Source: Octopus vulgaris (Eukaryota). Taken from it: a DNA stretch of 64,000 nt. A program made the translations under genes and the position numbers. The notes beneath the pieces were generated by a model. It had not been told where the DNA came from and made no database searches. It saw only the letters and a program-made list of their open reading frames with translations. Positions 39,245 through 51,045 of the stretch are shown piece after piece. The stretch spans positions 221,898,001 to 221,962,000 of the forward strand of contig OX597814.1 in the NCBI GenBank assembly GCA_951406725.2. Reading direction: 5' to 3'. Numbering within the stretch: the stretch's first letter is position 1; each line of letters opens with the position of its first letter.

Positions 39245-40765
39245 TCTCACTCTCTCTTAGGCCCCTCAAAAGCGAGAAGCTGTTTCTGGTCCCCTTCTAC
39301 TGTGGCTAGAGACTGGCCGAAATAATCATACAAAATGTGCCGCTAGAAATCACTATTCCTTAGCTAATTGCTGCAGTAACAATAGGTACCGAGGAAAATT
39401 CTATCAGACCGAAAAGCAGAACTGGTCCGAGATGGCGATAGTTTTCAACCAAACAAGCCCTCAAAAATGTGGATTTTATCCCAGACCAGATCTATCTTTC
39501 TGGAAGGCAGTATTATTCAAGTCAGAGTAGATGGAAGGAAAGTAAAGTGCCACATTTGCTTTTCAACCATTCATCTAAAGCCTTCTGCTCTAGATTGAGA
39601 AGGAAAAAGAGAGCCTGGCATCTCTCCTCCCAACACCAACAACAGCCACCAGAACTCGAGCGATAACAGTAGCAGCACCATCAGCATCAGCATCAGAATA
39701 TTCAGCATGAATTTCAGCCATACCGACACTGAGTTCCTCCAAACACTTTTCAGCGCCTGAAGATGTTTCCCTTCCAGATGCCGAACGAGCGGACATAACA
39801 TCTGGAAAGTCTGATCGCGATGAGGAGTGGAAGACAAAGAAAAGAACAAAAAAAAAGACAGAAAAAACCCCACAATTCTATGGACAAACAGCAACAATCT
39901 TCATCAACACAAGCAGCAGCGAGGGAAAAGGAAGGCAACAAAAATAAAAGCACCAAAAACAGATACTACATCGCCACCACTACCGCAAACACCTGAAACA
40001 CTACTTCAACCAACAACACCACAAACACAATCCATCCCCCACATAAGAACCACCACAACAACAATCACAACTACAACAACAATACTAAAACAACAAACAC
40101 AAAGTAAAGAGACTAGCATTACAAACAACATGGCAATAACCACAAAAACCAAGATTTGATGAATTATATAATAACATACACAAACATAACACCAACAGAT
40201 TTTTGTTGCACCCACAACTCCCTACCTCCATACATACAAATTGTTCAAACAACACGGAATACATACGCACACTTAAAAACCCAATTCCCACAGGAAGTCG
40301 GAGATTTTCGAGGGAATATCATCAAGAGAATTCTTGGTGATTTGTGGTCCCTTTAGCTGAGCTGCAGTCCTGGAGGGGGCATCTGGAAAGTGGAATGTCT
40401 TCAAGCGCTCATAACCTTCAGTCAGTGGAACGTCCACTCGAAAATTCTATAGAGGTTTAGTGGAGGGAAAGTGCGACGACATTCTTGGAGAGACCTTGGG
40501 CGTCGAAGATCAGTTAGCCGCTCTTTTCCGGAGAACCTTCGGCCCGGGACCAATGGATAACTTTCAAAAACCTCTAGCCTTGCAGTGCTACCTGTTGCAG
40601 ATTTGCCTGTTCGAGAAGAACTACACAAGCACAGAAGTACTGTCAGCTGAGCATGTCCGAGATGCTCGCAACTTGAAAAGAAAAATAAGGGTAGAGAGGG
40701 ATGTGTTGCCTTTTAGCCAGTTTGCTGAACGGTGGATGAAAGTGGTGGGAATAATGCAAGTGAAT
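39245..40765 (+). mobile_element. Rearranged L1/Tx1-like LINE (ORF1 zinc-knuckle and Thr/Pro-rich region plus ORF2 C-terminus)
   Basis: KCHICFSTIHLK zinc-knuckle remnant near 39545, low-complexity T/P/Q linker, C-terminal LKRKIRVERDVL..FAERW. Confidence 0.6.
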
Positions 40766-40831
40766 GGGCGTGGTAGTGGTTGTAGTAGTAGAAGTAAAGT
40801 GATTAAGTTGTACCGACGGTAGCAATACTAT

Positions 40832-40985
40832 TTTACTCTTTTACTCGTTTCACTCATTTGATTGTGGCCTTTAGTCGAGCAAATCGACCCCAGGACTTAT
40901 TCTTTGCAAGGCTAGTATTTATTCTATCGCTCTCTTTTGCCGAACCGCTAAGTTACTGGTACTTAATCACATCAGTATCGGTTGT

Positions 40986-41036
<51 letters not shown>

Positions 41037-41261
41037 GAATAAAAAATGGAGTTAACATGTGTCGAAAGTAAAAATACTTGTTTACACCTGCGTTAACTCC
41101 ATTTTTTATTCATATTATTCAAAATATTCTACGTAAACACGAAGTTTCTACCTTTATAAACAAGGAGTTACAACACCTTTACTTGTGAGATTTTTGCTGC
41201 CCTGGTAACTATTTATTTATTTTTCCGTGTTAATTGTTAACGAGGTAAAAATACACTCATT

Positions 41262-41340
<79 letters not shown>

Positions 41341-41502
41341 GACGGGATTCTTTGAGTTTCCGTGTACCAAATCTACTCACAAGGCTTTGGTCGGCCCGAG
41401 GCTATTGTAGAAGACACTTGCCCAAGGTGCCACGCAGTGGGACTAAACCCGGAACCATGTGGTTGGTAAACAAGCTACTTACCACGCAGCCACTCCTACG
41501 CC
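40832..41502 (-). mobile_element. SINE family A split by an insertion in its internal microsatellite
   Basis: 3' part at 40832-40990 and 5' part at 41340-41502 are collinear; foreign sequence 41033-41262 lies between them. Confidence 0.85.
41033..41115. repeat. Perfect 24-bp inverted repeat in a Penelope-like remnant
   Basis: ATATGAATAAAAAATGGAGTTAAC / GTTAACTCCATTTTTTATTCATAT. Confidence 0.9.
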
Positions 41503-42327
41503 CAATAGTAGGAAAAGTAATAGCAAGTGTAGCTCTAGTTGATGGTTATTGTTCTGTCCAACGCGGAACTTCATTCAGCAAAAAGATACAACCAAAGGCA
41601 TTCCAACGCTGAACATTCCACTGTTCTTTCTTTTTTTTTTTTCTTTCACCAGGTACAATGTACTTTAATGTACACAAACCAAATTGCCATTCATTTTCTT
41701 TTTGAAACAACAGGCGCTGATTTGAATAAAAAATTTGGTTGCTATCTCTAACAAGTGTACTGTCCACGTTGCTGATAATTTTTGTTATAGTTATTTTTTA
41801 AATTTATTTTTTATTTATTTTTTTCTTCTAATGGTAAGAGTGGGATACTCGTTGGTGTCTTTAGTATCGGTGATAATATTCCGTGCCAAAGTCTGCTATA
41901 TTTAATCGTCGAATGAAGTGGAATCATTGACGTCATGTTCCGTGTAAACATGACTAAACCATTAACTAGATAACAAAACGCCAATCAAAATACGTGGATC
42001 TGTTGTAATGTAGAAGGCTGAAGTTTTATGTGAAAGGAAGTTGTGTGATGTGGCGGTCTATGAACTGTTGCGCACTATGTGAGTTGAAGCGACGAGTGTG
42101 GTTGGCGCTGGTTGGCGCTGGGCTTATCACAATTTAACCATACTGGAAATAAATCAAATTACAATTTCACGTTTCTTTCCTATTTTTTTTTTTCTATTTT
42201 GTATGCTGGCTTCTTTCCTTCTTTCTTTCTTTCTTTCTTTCTTTCCTTTTTATTGTTTATTTTTTAGTATGTTTGTGTGATATTTTATTTTATTTGAAAA
42301 GTTTATTTCGTCTGTGTGGCAGCATCG

Positions 42328-42414
42328 CGATGACGACGACAATGATGATGATAATGATGATGATGATATCTATCATCATCATCATCGTCGTCGTCGTCGT
42401 CGTCGCCGTCATCG

Positions 42415-42446
<32 letters not shown>

Positions 42447-42613
42447 TTCCCACGTCTTTTCCAGTTTTATTTTTCCTACCTCATATTGACAATCAGCACC
42501 GCCATAAAACTCCCGCCAAACTTCTCCCGTCACCCTCCGCTTACTCCGCCTTTTCCTCTTTATTTCCCAACATTCCGGACATTTCATTCCATACTTGTGT
42601 TGCAATCATCATT

Positions 42614-42645
<32 letters not shown>

Positions 42646-42905
42646 TGTTGCATAGCAATACGATGATAATTATGTTGGCAGAATTGTTAGCGTTGATGCT
42701 ATTGTTGTTTTTGCTGTTGTGGTTGCTGGTAGTGGTGGCGGTCATAATCACGACGCCGACGATGCTGACGACGATGATGATGATATAGTTAATGAGTGCT
42801 GTGATAGATACACTTGTTGGCGTTAATTATTATTACTTATGACGACGAAATAGATAGTATTGGTGTGTTTGATGACGACGACGACGATGATGATGATGAT
42901 GATGC
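42328..42905. repeat. (GAT)n/(CAT)n/(CGT)n trinucleotide cluster
   Basis: Several imperfect trinucleotide tracts in both orientations. Confidence 0.9.
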
Positions 42906-42920
42906 AATATTTAATCTATG

Positions 42921-43085
42921 GTCGTCCACCTTTACGTTCTGAGTTTAAATGCTGCCGAGTTCGACTTTGCCGTTTATCCCTTAGGTATCGACAAAATAAG
43001 TACAAGTTAAGCACTGGGATCGATGTAATCGATTTCTCCCTTTACCCGAAATTGCTGGCCTTGTGCCAAAATTCGGAATCAATAT
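42921..43085 (+). mobile_element. SINE family C, 3' part
   Basis: TTTACGTTCTGAGTTTAAAT..GACTTTGCC..GATGTAATCGA. Confidence 0.75.
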
Positions 43086-43673
43086 TTAATCTATGGGGTA
43101 TCTATTAATAGTCTGGACAGGTTGTACCCTCTCCAATACCTGATCTATTGTTCTAATCCTGTTCTTTTCGTTTAACCACAGGACGATGATAATGGAGCTG
43201 ACCGACTATTTATCAAAGTCACTCTAGTCTTAACAATTCAGCCTCTGTACATAAGGATTAATTGTCCCATGTATCTTTTTATACATAAAATATTAAGGGA
43301 TAGTTATAGAAAGATTTGGTTGCTATTTCTAGCATGTCACCAGTAGACTTGTACGTGTACAGTGGAAGCATCAATGGTTATTGTTTTGTTGTCTTTATCG
43401 TCCTTGCATAGTGATTGGGAGCTCATAGCTTTATTGATACTGTGAACTATTTATCATATCAATAAAAGGGAGGATGTGTGTGCGTGTATGTGAGCGTGTG
43501 TGTACGTAATTGTAATTTATGCACGTCCACAAATTAGCACGCATGTCGCTCAAATTTTAGGAGGACATTTTTCAACATCCTCTCTGTGTTTTGTCAAATT
43601 ATTTTTACCCCGAGGCACCCGTGGGTAGCGTAAATATCTATTTTCAGACATAGCTTTTAGCCACGAAAAATAT

Positions 43674-43934
43674 CAGCCTTGGCTTTTTTGATGGTGTCTA
43701 AAAAAATATGATAAAGAAAAGTGGAAGAAGGAGGCAGAAAGTTTCACGGGAAAGACAAAGTGTGAGAGGGAGAGGGAGAGAGTTAAATGCCAACGTTCAT
43801 AAACAGCCTTAGCTTTTTTGCCAGCGTCTAACAAAAAAAAAGATAAAGAAAAGTGGAAGAAGGAGGCAGAGATTTTCACGGGAAAACAAAGTGAGAGAGG
43901 GAGGGAGAGAGAGAGTAAGTTATGACGTTCATAA
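43674..43934. repeat. Two-copy tandem repeat of about 130 bp
   Basis: CAGCCTT..GATAAAGAAAAGTGGAAGAAGGAGGCAGA..TTCACGGGAAA..ACGTTCATAAA occurs twice. Confidence 0.9.
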
Positions 43935-44166
43935 AAAATAAAATGTAAAATGTTTTGTTTTTTGTTTTTGAAAGACCCTTTATTTTATAATCATAGTATA
44001 ATATACTTTAGTAAAAATCGTGCGTGTGTTAATCTACAAATTTAACAACATTTTTTCATTCATTTCTGTTTATGAACATGTATGCGTGCACAAAACATGC
44101 AATAGGTGTACGTACGTAGTGTGTGTACGTGTGTTCGTGTCTGTTGGCCATATATATTTATATTTT

Positions 44167-44257
<91 letters not shown>

Positions 44258-44258
<1 letters not shown>

Positions 44259-44286
44259 GAGGCGCAATGGCCCAATGGTTAGGGCC
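44258..44286 (+). mobile_element. SINE family B head fragment
   Basis: GGAGGCGCAATGGCCCAATGGTTAGGGC. Confidence 0.75.
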
Positions 44287-44422
44287 ATAAACAGTTATTT
44301 ATTGATTATCTATTGACGATACACTATTATTAAATTTTTATTGTTGATTTAGCATGTCTGCCCCGACAGGATACTATCAAAGTATTAATTTAAAATAGTC
44401 ATCTACACAATATTTAGTGTAT

Positions 44423-44695
44423 GGAGGCGCAATGGCCCAGTGGTTAGGTCGTAGGATCGCGGTTTCGAGTCCCAGATCGGGCGTTGTGAGTGTTTATTAA
44501 GCGAAAACACCTAAAAGCTCCACGAGGCTCCGGCAGGGGGTCGTGATCTCTGCTGTACTCTTTCACCACTCTTTCTTTCACTCTTTCTTCTGTTGGCCTG
44601 CTCGCATCATTCGAAGGCTAAAACAATGGGAAGTTCATTGTGACCAGCGATGTGTAACAACATCTGATGGTCTGGTCGGTCACATGATCAGGTGA
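44423..44695 (+). mobile_element. SINE family B variant with a different 3' tail
   Basis: Same tRNA head and body as 12418 and 54597, but the tail reads GAAGGCTAAAACAATG..CATCTGATGGTCTGGTCGG. Confidence 0.85.
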
Positions 44696-47600
44696 TATAT
44701 ATATATATATTATATATATATAATATAACTAATTTCAACGGATTTCGCCCAAATTTGACGTCTATATTACTTAGTTTGGTTTGAAATAAAGAACTTGATT
44801 AGGTTAATAATCGTAGCTTAATCCTGGGCAAGGCCGGGTTATATTGTTAGTTCTGAATATGTTTGTAAAAGTACGATTAGTGATCCGGTGTTAACAGCTT
44901 GAGAGAAACTATGGCTCGCATATAATTATCAGCATTCCCTTTATTTACTTTCGTTTTACCGTGATCTTATCTTGCAGAGCATTTGAAATAAGTACCCTTC
45001 ATTTTAAATGTGATAGTGAGTCTAGCTGTGAGAAAATATTGTCAGAATAAGTATTAAAAACAACAATAACGGATAATCAGTCCTTGTTGCAAATGATTAC
45101 AGACTGATATAATTTATAGCAAGCGGGTTCAAATTACTACATAATTATTTACGAGTAATTTGGGAAGGAAAGACAATGCTGTTAACGTTTTATTTATTCA
45201 AATGTTTTTCTCGAGATATTTGGAAGAAGCGATCCTCATACAGTTGTCTGTTCTGAATGCTTGCAGTAGATTGTATGAAAGGCACCCAAGAAGTCCAGGG
45301 TGACGGGTAAATTTGCCGTCCAAGAATTTAGAATGCAAAGAAGATCGGGACAAATATCGCGAAATATCTAATAGTTTCACTAATTCTCCATGGCTGTTCG
45401 CTATTCTTTCAACTCTGAAAAATTGTAAGTCAAGGTTCACCCAAGCAGTATGTGAACTCAGAGCTCTGTGTGTCGAAGCAAATGATGCAAGGCATTTATC
45501 ATGGGTCTAATTTAAAATTTAATATGCCGTGTAATGAAAATATTTAATCCACGCGATGTCGACCTATGTTAATATATTCGACAATAATGTAATATTGAAA
45601 AAGAATTCAGTTAGTTTCCCAGCATGGTTCCTAGCATTTTAGCCCTTTCCTGATCGTTGCATTAGATGTGCTGATATCTGTTTCATGACGTTATAATTGC
45701 CAACAGGTTTTATTTTCATTGTCCAAGAAACAAATCTCTCTTTAATTAGGAGTGTTTGCATTTCATACATCATCTGCCTGAAATCATTTAATTTCATACC
45801 CATGTCCACACGACTTATTTCTCTTATCTTATTCTTTGTAATTACTCAAAATTTTAAAATCTTTATTGAAGGCAAAATTCTTAGAAATTTTTGTTCAGAC
45901 TAGATTTGAATAGTTTATATCTTATGGTGAGGCCTAATACGACCTGAACATGTATCTTGAAGTTCAGCAAAGATAATATTTTTCCATTAAGCTAAAACAA
46001 ATTTATGGAAATGAATTTTAAAATTCCTCTTGAAATTATCTTGTTTACTTTCAGAATCTTGAACATTACCACAGAATTATCTATTTTGTTTCTCCAGATT
46101 TTAATTCCTTTCGAATTCATTTTTAAATTTTTGCATGCATTATTCAGTGCATAGAATACCTGAATTATTTATCGTTTATTATTTGTATAGCCTCTTGGAA
46201 GATTAGAATTTATATATTTGTCTTCGTGGACATTTTAACCGGTAAATTCCCATCTTCAAATCAAAGGACGGCTTGGATTAGTCAGAAGTTTCAATGTAGA
46301 AGCCTTGGCTATTATTTGGTTAGAAGCTTACATCATAGAGTTGTTTTCAGACGTTATTATATCTAGAACTAGAACTACCTTAACTGTAGTAGCCTTATAA
46401 AGAATGTAGGACCTGATTTAATGGCGTTAAACCAAAGAGAAATGGTGAATTGATATGTGGTGATTGGTTGTGCAGTACATTTATAGTTATCGACGATCGT
46501 AATTTAGTATTAAGTGAGCAAATATTTGTTGGGAGTATTTCTGTTTTAAGCATTTAAAGATTTTTTCTTTTTCTAATTGTAAATTTTGTCCATATCTAGC
46601 TCTCGTGTAGAACTGAAGTTATAGCAGTTTACAATCAGCTTTAATATTATTCGTTTTGTTTGTTATAATTCTTTTCTAACTTTTATTATTCTCATAATAT
46701 GTCTGATTCTGTCATCGACAAGTTAATCACAAAAAAGAAAATTAAGTTTTTACATGGAAAAGGGAAGATTTAAAGTTTTTAACTATTCCAGCTTTGCAAA
46801 TAATGGCTTTTCTGTTTGGAATTAATAAAGCTGGATCGGAAGGAATTAGTAACTATTACCATTATCAACAATCTATAATTTGTAGTCGTGAGTGAGTGTA
46901 CGTATCTATGCGTGTGCATGTTTGTTACGTGTTTCTGCGGGCGCTCGTGTAAGTCGTGTGTGTCGTGGGGTATTATTGATGTCTCCGAACAAGATCTTAT
47001 ATTACAAATTCTAATACACAGCAGTATTGATTGAACGAATGTCATACTCAACATACAATTACCACTTTCAAAATGCCAATACCATACCGCCACCAACACC
47101 ACAAGAATTAACACTACTATCACTGACAAAACATCCACATTCTTTTAAGCTAGCATTCACACACATTCACACTCACAGCTATGCAATTTGTTTCAAACGA
47201 GTATACACACTATAACAATGATGACAAATCTGGATATATTCGTTTCATTTCACTTCAGTTACAAATAATCGCATTATCCTAGCAGGAATCGTGAAATGGG
47301 GATTGCATTTCTCTATAGAGTAATGCGTTGTCTGTCATAGATACTTGCTCAACTATAAGTATCGAAACATTGCTTCTATCATTGGTCATCAGGTATAAGT
47401 GGAAGCAATGTACAGCTTCTATCGATTAACTGCTTTTCTTAGCATGTTCATATCCATAATAATGTGCTAAACATAAACGCTATCATACAACAATACGTAG
47501 TGGTTAAACGGTCAATAATTCTCTAACTATACGAGACTCAAAGTGTCAGTTTTCAAATTGACGCTCTCTCTTGGATTTAAAATCAATAAATACCTTTATC

Positions 47601-48163
47601 CAGATTATTCATTAAATGCCTTGATTTCGGACTTACAAACACAACTAATTGAATGAAACATTTCGAACTGAAAAGAAAGTTTCAGCAAGCGAAATAGCAT
47701 GTTTAAGAATCGCATGCCGATCCGAAATTCAAATCTAACTTGAGACACGAAACGTAAATTATTCGATGACAAATCATTGGAATGCTCTTAATTTGATATG
47801 GAATAAACCAGCAATGGTTTGTGATGCAAGTACTTAATAAACGGATTAAATGACAATGTTTATTATATGTTGATCTTGAAACCAATAAATACTAATATCT
47901 TAAAGTTATCTTTACTATCAATCTCTACACTAAATCATTATCAAGATTGATTTATTTTCTCTTTATTTTCAAGTAGCTGCTACTAAACATTCGTCCGAAT
48001 TCGTAGACTAATGACGCAGTATTTCATACAACAATGGAAAGGTGAGCCTTCTGTTATGGAAGATGTTTCACCGTTATTTAACACATATACACTAGCACAT
48101 AAATACATACATACATACAAACATACATACATACATACATACATACATACATACATACATACA

Positions 48164-48196
<33 letters not shown>

Positions 48197-48674
48197 GCAT
48201 AGCTTAGTGTGTAGAAGCACCACACGTTACACATACTAGCTACGATTTCCTTCTCATGCAACTATAGTATGAATGTTTTAATATTTACTATGCATATATA
48301 TATTCATGTGTGCATGTGTTTGTATGCGTGTACGTGTGTGTGGGTGTACGTACGTATGTTATGTATGCATGTATGTATATGATTGGCTAAAACGTCTGTT
48401 CGTTTTAAAACGAAAATAAACCACGTTTGAACGAGAAGGAATTATCAATAATATAATAACCGTTTAGTTTCAGTATCTTTTGGCATCTGGCTGTCAAACC
48501 CATTATTCCCATTATAATAATTTATCACAATATATTACTTGACATTGGCCAGTGTTGTTTCGTTTGGCTATTTCACCAACAAGCATTCCAACAATTCCAT
48601 CGTTTTGATATTACCTTCAAAAGGAAAAGAAAAATTGTATGCAAATTACACGTAGAGAGATAAAGATTCATCAC

Positions 48675-48785
48675 AAAATCATTACGAAAAACTGATACTC
48701 AGAGTTTCATGTTCACGTTCAATCTAAACTGTCCGATGAACGGGAACTTGAAACTTTGAGTAGCAGATTTTCTTGATATTTTTGC
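48675..48785. repeat. Diverged palindrome containing a decayed hammerhead (48729-48766, +)
   Basis: Left arm reverse complement TGAACGTGAACATGAAACTCTGAGTATCAG vs right arm TGAACGGGAACTTGAAACTTTGAGTAGCAG; CTGT-CCGATGA...GAA-ACTttgAGT-A-GCAG. Confidence 0.7.
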
Positions 48786-48885
48786 TATGCTTTGCAGCTT
48801 TAATAATAATTAAGAATATTACTCTACCTCCAGTATTCGAGTTCTATATTCTCCCACTTTGTTTCACATGTATGTGCCTACTTTG

Positions 48886-48938
<53 letters not shown>

Positions 48939-49279
48939 AAATGGAAAGATGAATTATCTTGTTACGGATTATTCAAAAGTTTAACCGATACCTGGGTAGC
49001 AAAATCACAGCAGAAAAAACATTAAAATATTCAGAACATTAACTTTGGTCACACAGAACATCTCCACACCCCTTGTTCTCATTAATTCCTCACCTACTAG
49101 ATTTGACCGCGGCCTGACCTGGATTTATTCCAACGGACCTTTTGTCGGCTCCCACCAACCCCCACCAACCAACGTACATTGATGAACATTTTACCCATGG
49201 GCTCTTAAGGAGCTTCCTCGTTCGAATTGCTTTGCTGCGCCTTTGTTTTGTTTTGTTCTGACAACGTAATTCCTGGTTT

Positions 49280-49359
49280 TTCCTGAAGAGAAAGCTGCAA
49301 TATGGTATACTTATTTAATCAGAATTTGGAAAATTGTGGCCTTTGAAACATGTGTAGAA
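49280..49359 (+). ncRNA. Minimal type I hammerhead ribozyme motif in a Penelope-like remnant (about 48933-49420)
   Basis: TTC-CTGAAGA-GAAAGCTGCAAT...ATTGTGGCCTTT-GAA-ACATGTGT-A-GAA, followed by AATAAA; module bounded by (TA)n. Confidence 0.75.
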
Positions 49360-49417
49360 TGTAATAAAAGGAATACTGTACAATCTTCGTTCAACTCCAT
49401 TTCTTCCATTCCCTAAT

Positions 49418-49449
<32 letters not shown>

Positions 49450-49566
49450 TATGTCTGTGTGCATATATGCAAACATAATTAAATCTACACACACATATGA
49501 ATATGTTGTTTATACATAACCATAAATTTGTGTATGTGTGCAAATATATATATGTATATATATATA

Positions 49567-49682
<116 letters not shown>

Positions 49683-49830
49683 CATATATATAAATGTATG
49701 TATATTTTTTCAATGTGTACAAATAACACGGAAAACATAAATAAATAGTTACCAGGTTAGCAAAAATTCACATAAGTACCATTGATGAAATAGCCTACTG
49801 ATTAAGGGTTAAGTGAAATTTTTTTTAAAC

Positions 49831-50411
49831 ATAGAAAAATAAATAAATAGAGTTAAATGCAGATGATTTTCATATCTTTATACATCCGACATATATTTTA
49901 AAGAAAACATTGGTATTATTTGAGAAGGTTGGATGTGGGGTAAATAGGTTGGTTACAAACTACATGGTTCCAGGTTCGGTCCCACTGCGTGGCACTTTGG
50001 GCTAATTTCTTCTACTATAATCTCAAGTCGACTAAAACATTGTGAGTGGATTTAGGTAACAGAAACTGAAAGAACCCCGTCGTATATGTTTGTGTGTCTG
50101 TGTTTCTTCCCCAACATCTCTTGACAACCGATGCTGGTGTGTAAGTTAGTGATTCGGCAAAAGAGACCAACAGAATAAGTACTAGGCTTACAAAGAATAA
50201 GTCTTGGGGTCGATTTGCTTGCCGGTGCTCCAGCATGGCTGCAGTGAAATACTGAACAAATAAACGAATAGAAAATAAAACAAAGAGATCGCATCGTTTT
50301 ACATCATTTTATTCCTTCTGAAATAATACCAATGTTTTTTTCGAAACATATGTCGGAAGTATAAATATTTGAATAACTCCTGCATTTAACTCCATTTAGT
50401 TATTTATCTAT
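49831..50411. repeat. Diverged inverted repeat (about 98-bp arms) with a family A SINE in the spacer
   Basis: 49831-49928 vs 50314-50411 are reverse-complementary. Confidence 0.8.
49935..50278 (+). mobile_element. SINE family A
   Basis: GGTTCGGTCCCACTGCGTGGCAC ... GGTGCTCCAGCATGGC. Confidence 0.85.
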
Positions 50412-50524
50412 ATTATATATATATCAGTAATAATGTAGGGAAAAATTAATTAATTTAGAATAATCATTAATTTCACCATGTAGATTTCGGCATGTAAAAG
50501 CCCCATTTGAGGAAAGTTTAAGTA

Positions 50525-50776
50525 ATACTAAGTAATTAAGGGTTTAGCAACGATTTGCCTCACCACACACCGAATTTAGAAATAGCAGTCAAGGAGTTAT
50601 AGCTATTCCTTTCTACTAAAAGGGAGATCTCAGTAAAATCACCTGTCTGTGTTTGCCTTTCAAGTGCTGTGGTTTTACTGAGATCTCCTTTTTAGTAGAA
50701 AGGAATAGCTATAACTCCTTGACTGCTATTTCTAAATTCGGTGTGTGGCAAATCGTCTAAACCCTTAATTACTTAG

Positions 50777-50779
<3 letters not shown>
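50525..50779. repeat. Near-perfect inverted repeat (about 115-bp arms, 26-nt spacer) between (TA)n tracts
   Basis: 50525-50642 vs 50669-50779; a third partial copy of the terminus at 50862-50891. Confidence 0.93.
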
Positions 50780-50807
<28 letters not shown>

Positions 50808-50902
50808 TATATAAAATATTATTAGAGAAAAACACTATTTTGCAAAACAAACAGGCAAAATACGTTGCTAAACCCTTAATTACTTAGTATTGATCCACCT
50901 GA

Positions 50903-50947
<45 letters not shown>

Positions 50948-50983
50948 CGGATTTAATCCTAAATCTGTATCAATATTTATTAT

Positions 50984-51045
<62 letters not shown>

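Larger units (their letters stand above)
43434..44851 (+). mobile_element. Non-autonomous Helitron-like element with nested SINEs
   Basis: 5' TCATATCAATAAAAGGGAGGATGTGTGTG; 3' GC hairpin CCTGGGCAAGGCCGGG followed by TTAGT (CTAG variant); internal tandem repeat. Confidence 0.65.

Noticed and set aside
42273-42788. 171-aa hydrophobic ORF and overlapping poly-D/H/R ORFs
   Set aside because: Generated by trinucleotide repeats; no domain or splice support
46779-47138. ORF with a signal-anchor-like N-terminus (MDVLSVIVVLILVV...)
   Set aside because: The start is GTG rather than ATG, and the hydrophobicity comes from GT-rich low-complexity sequence
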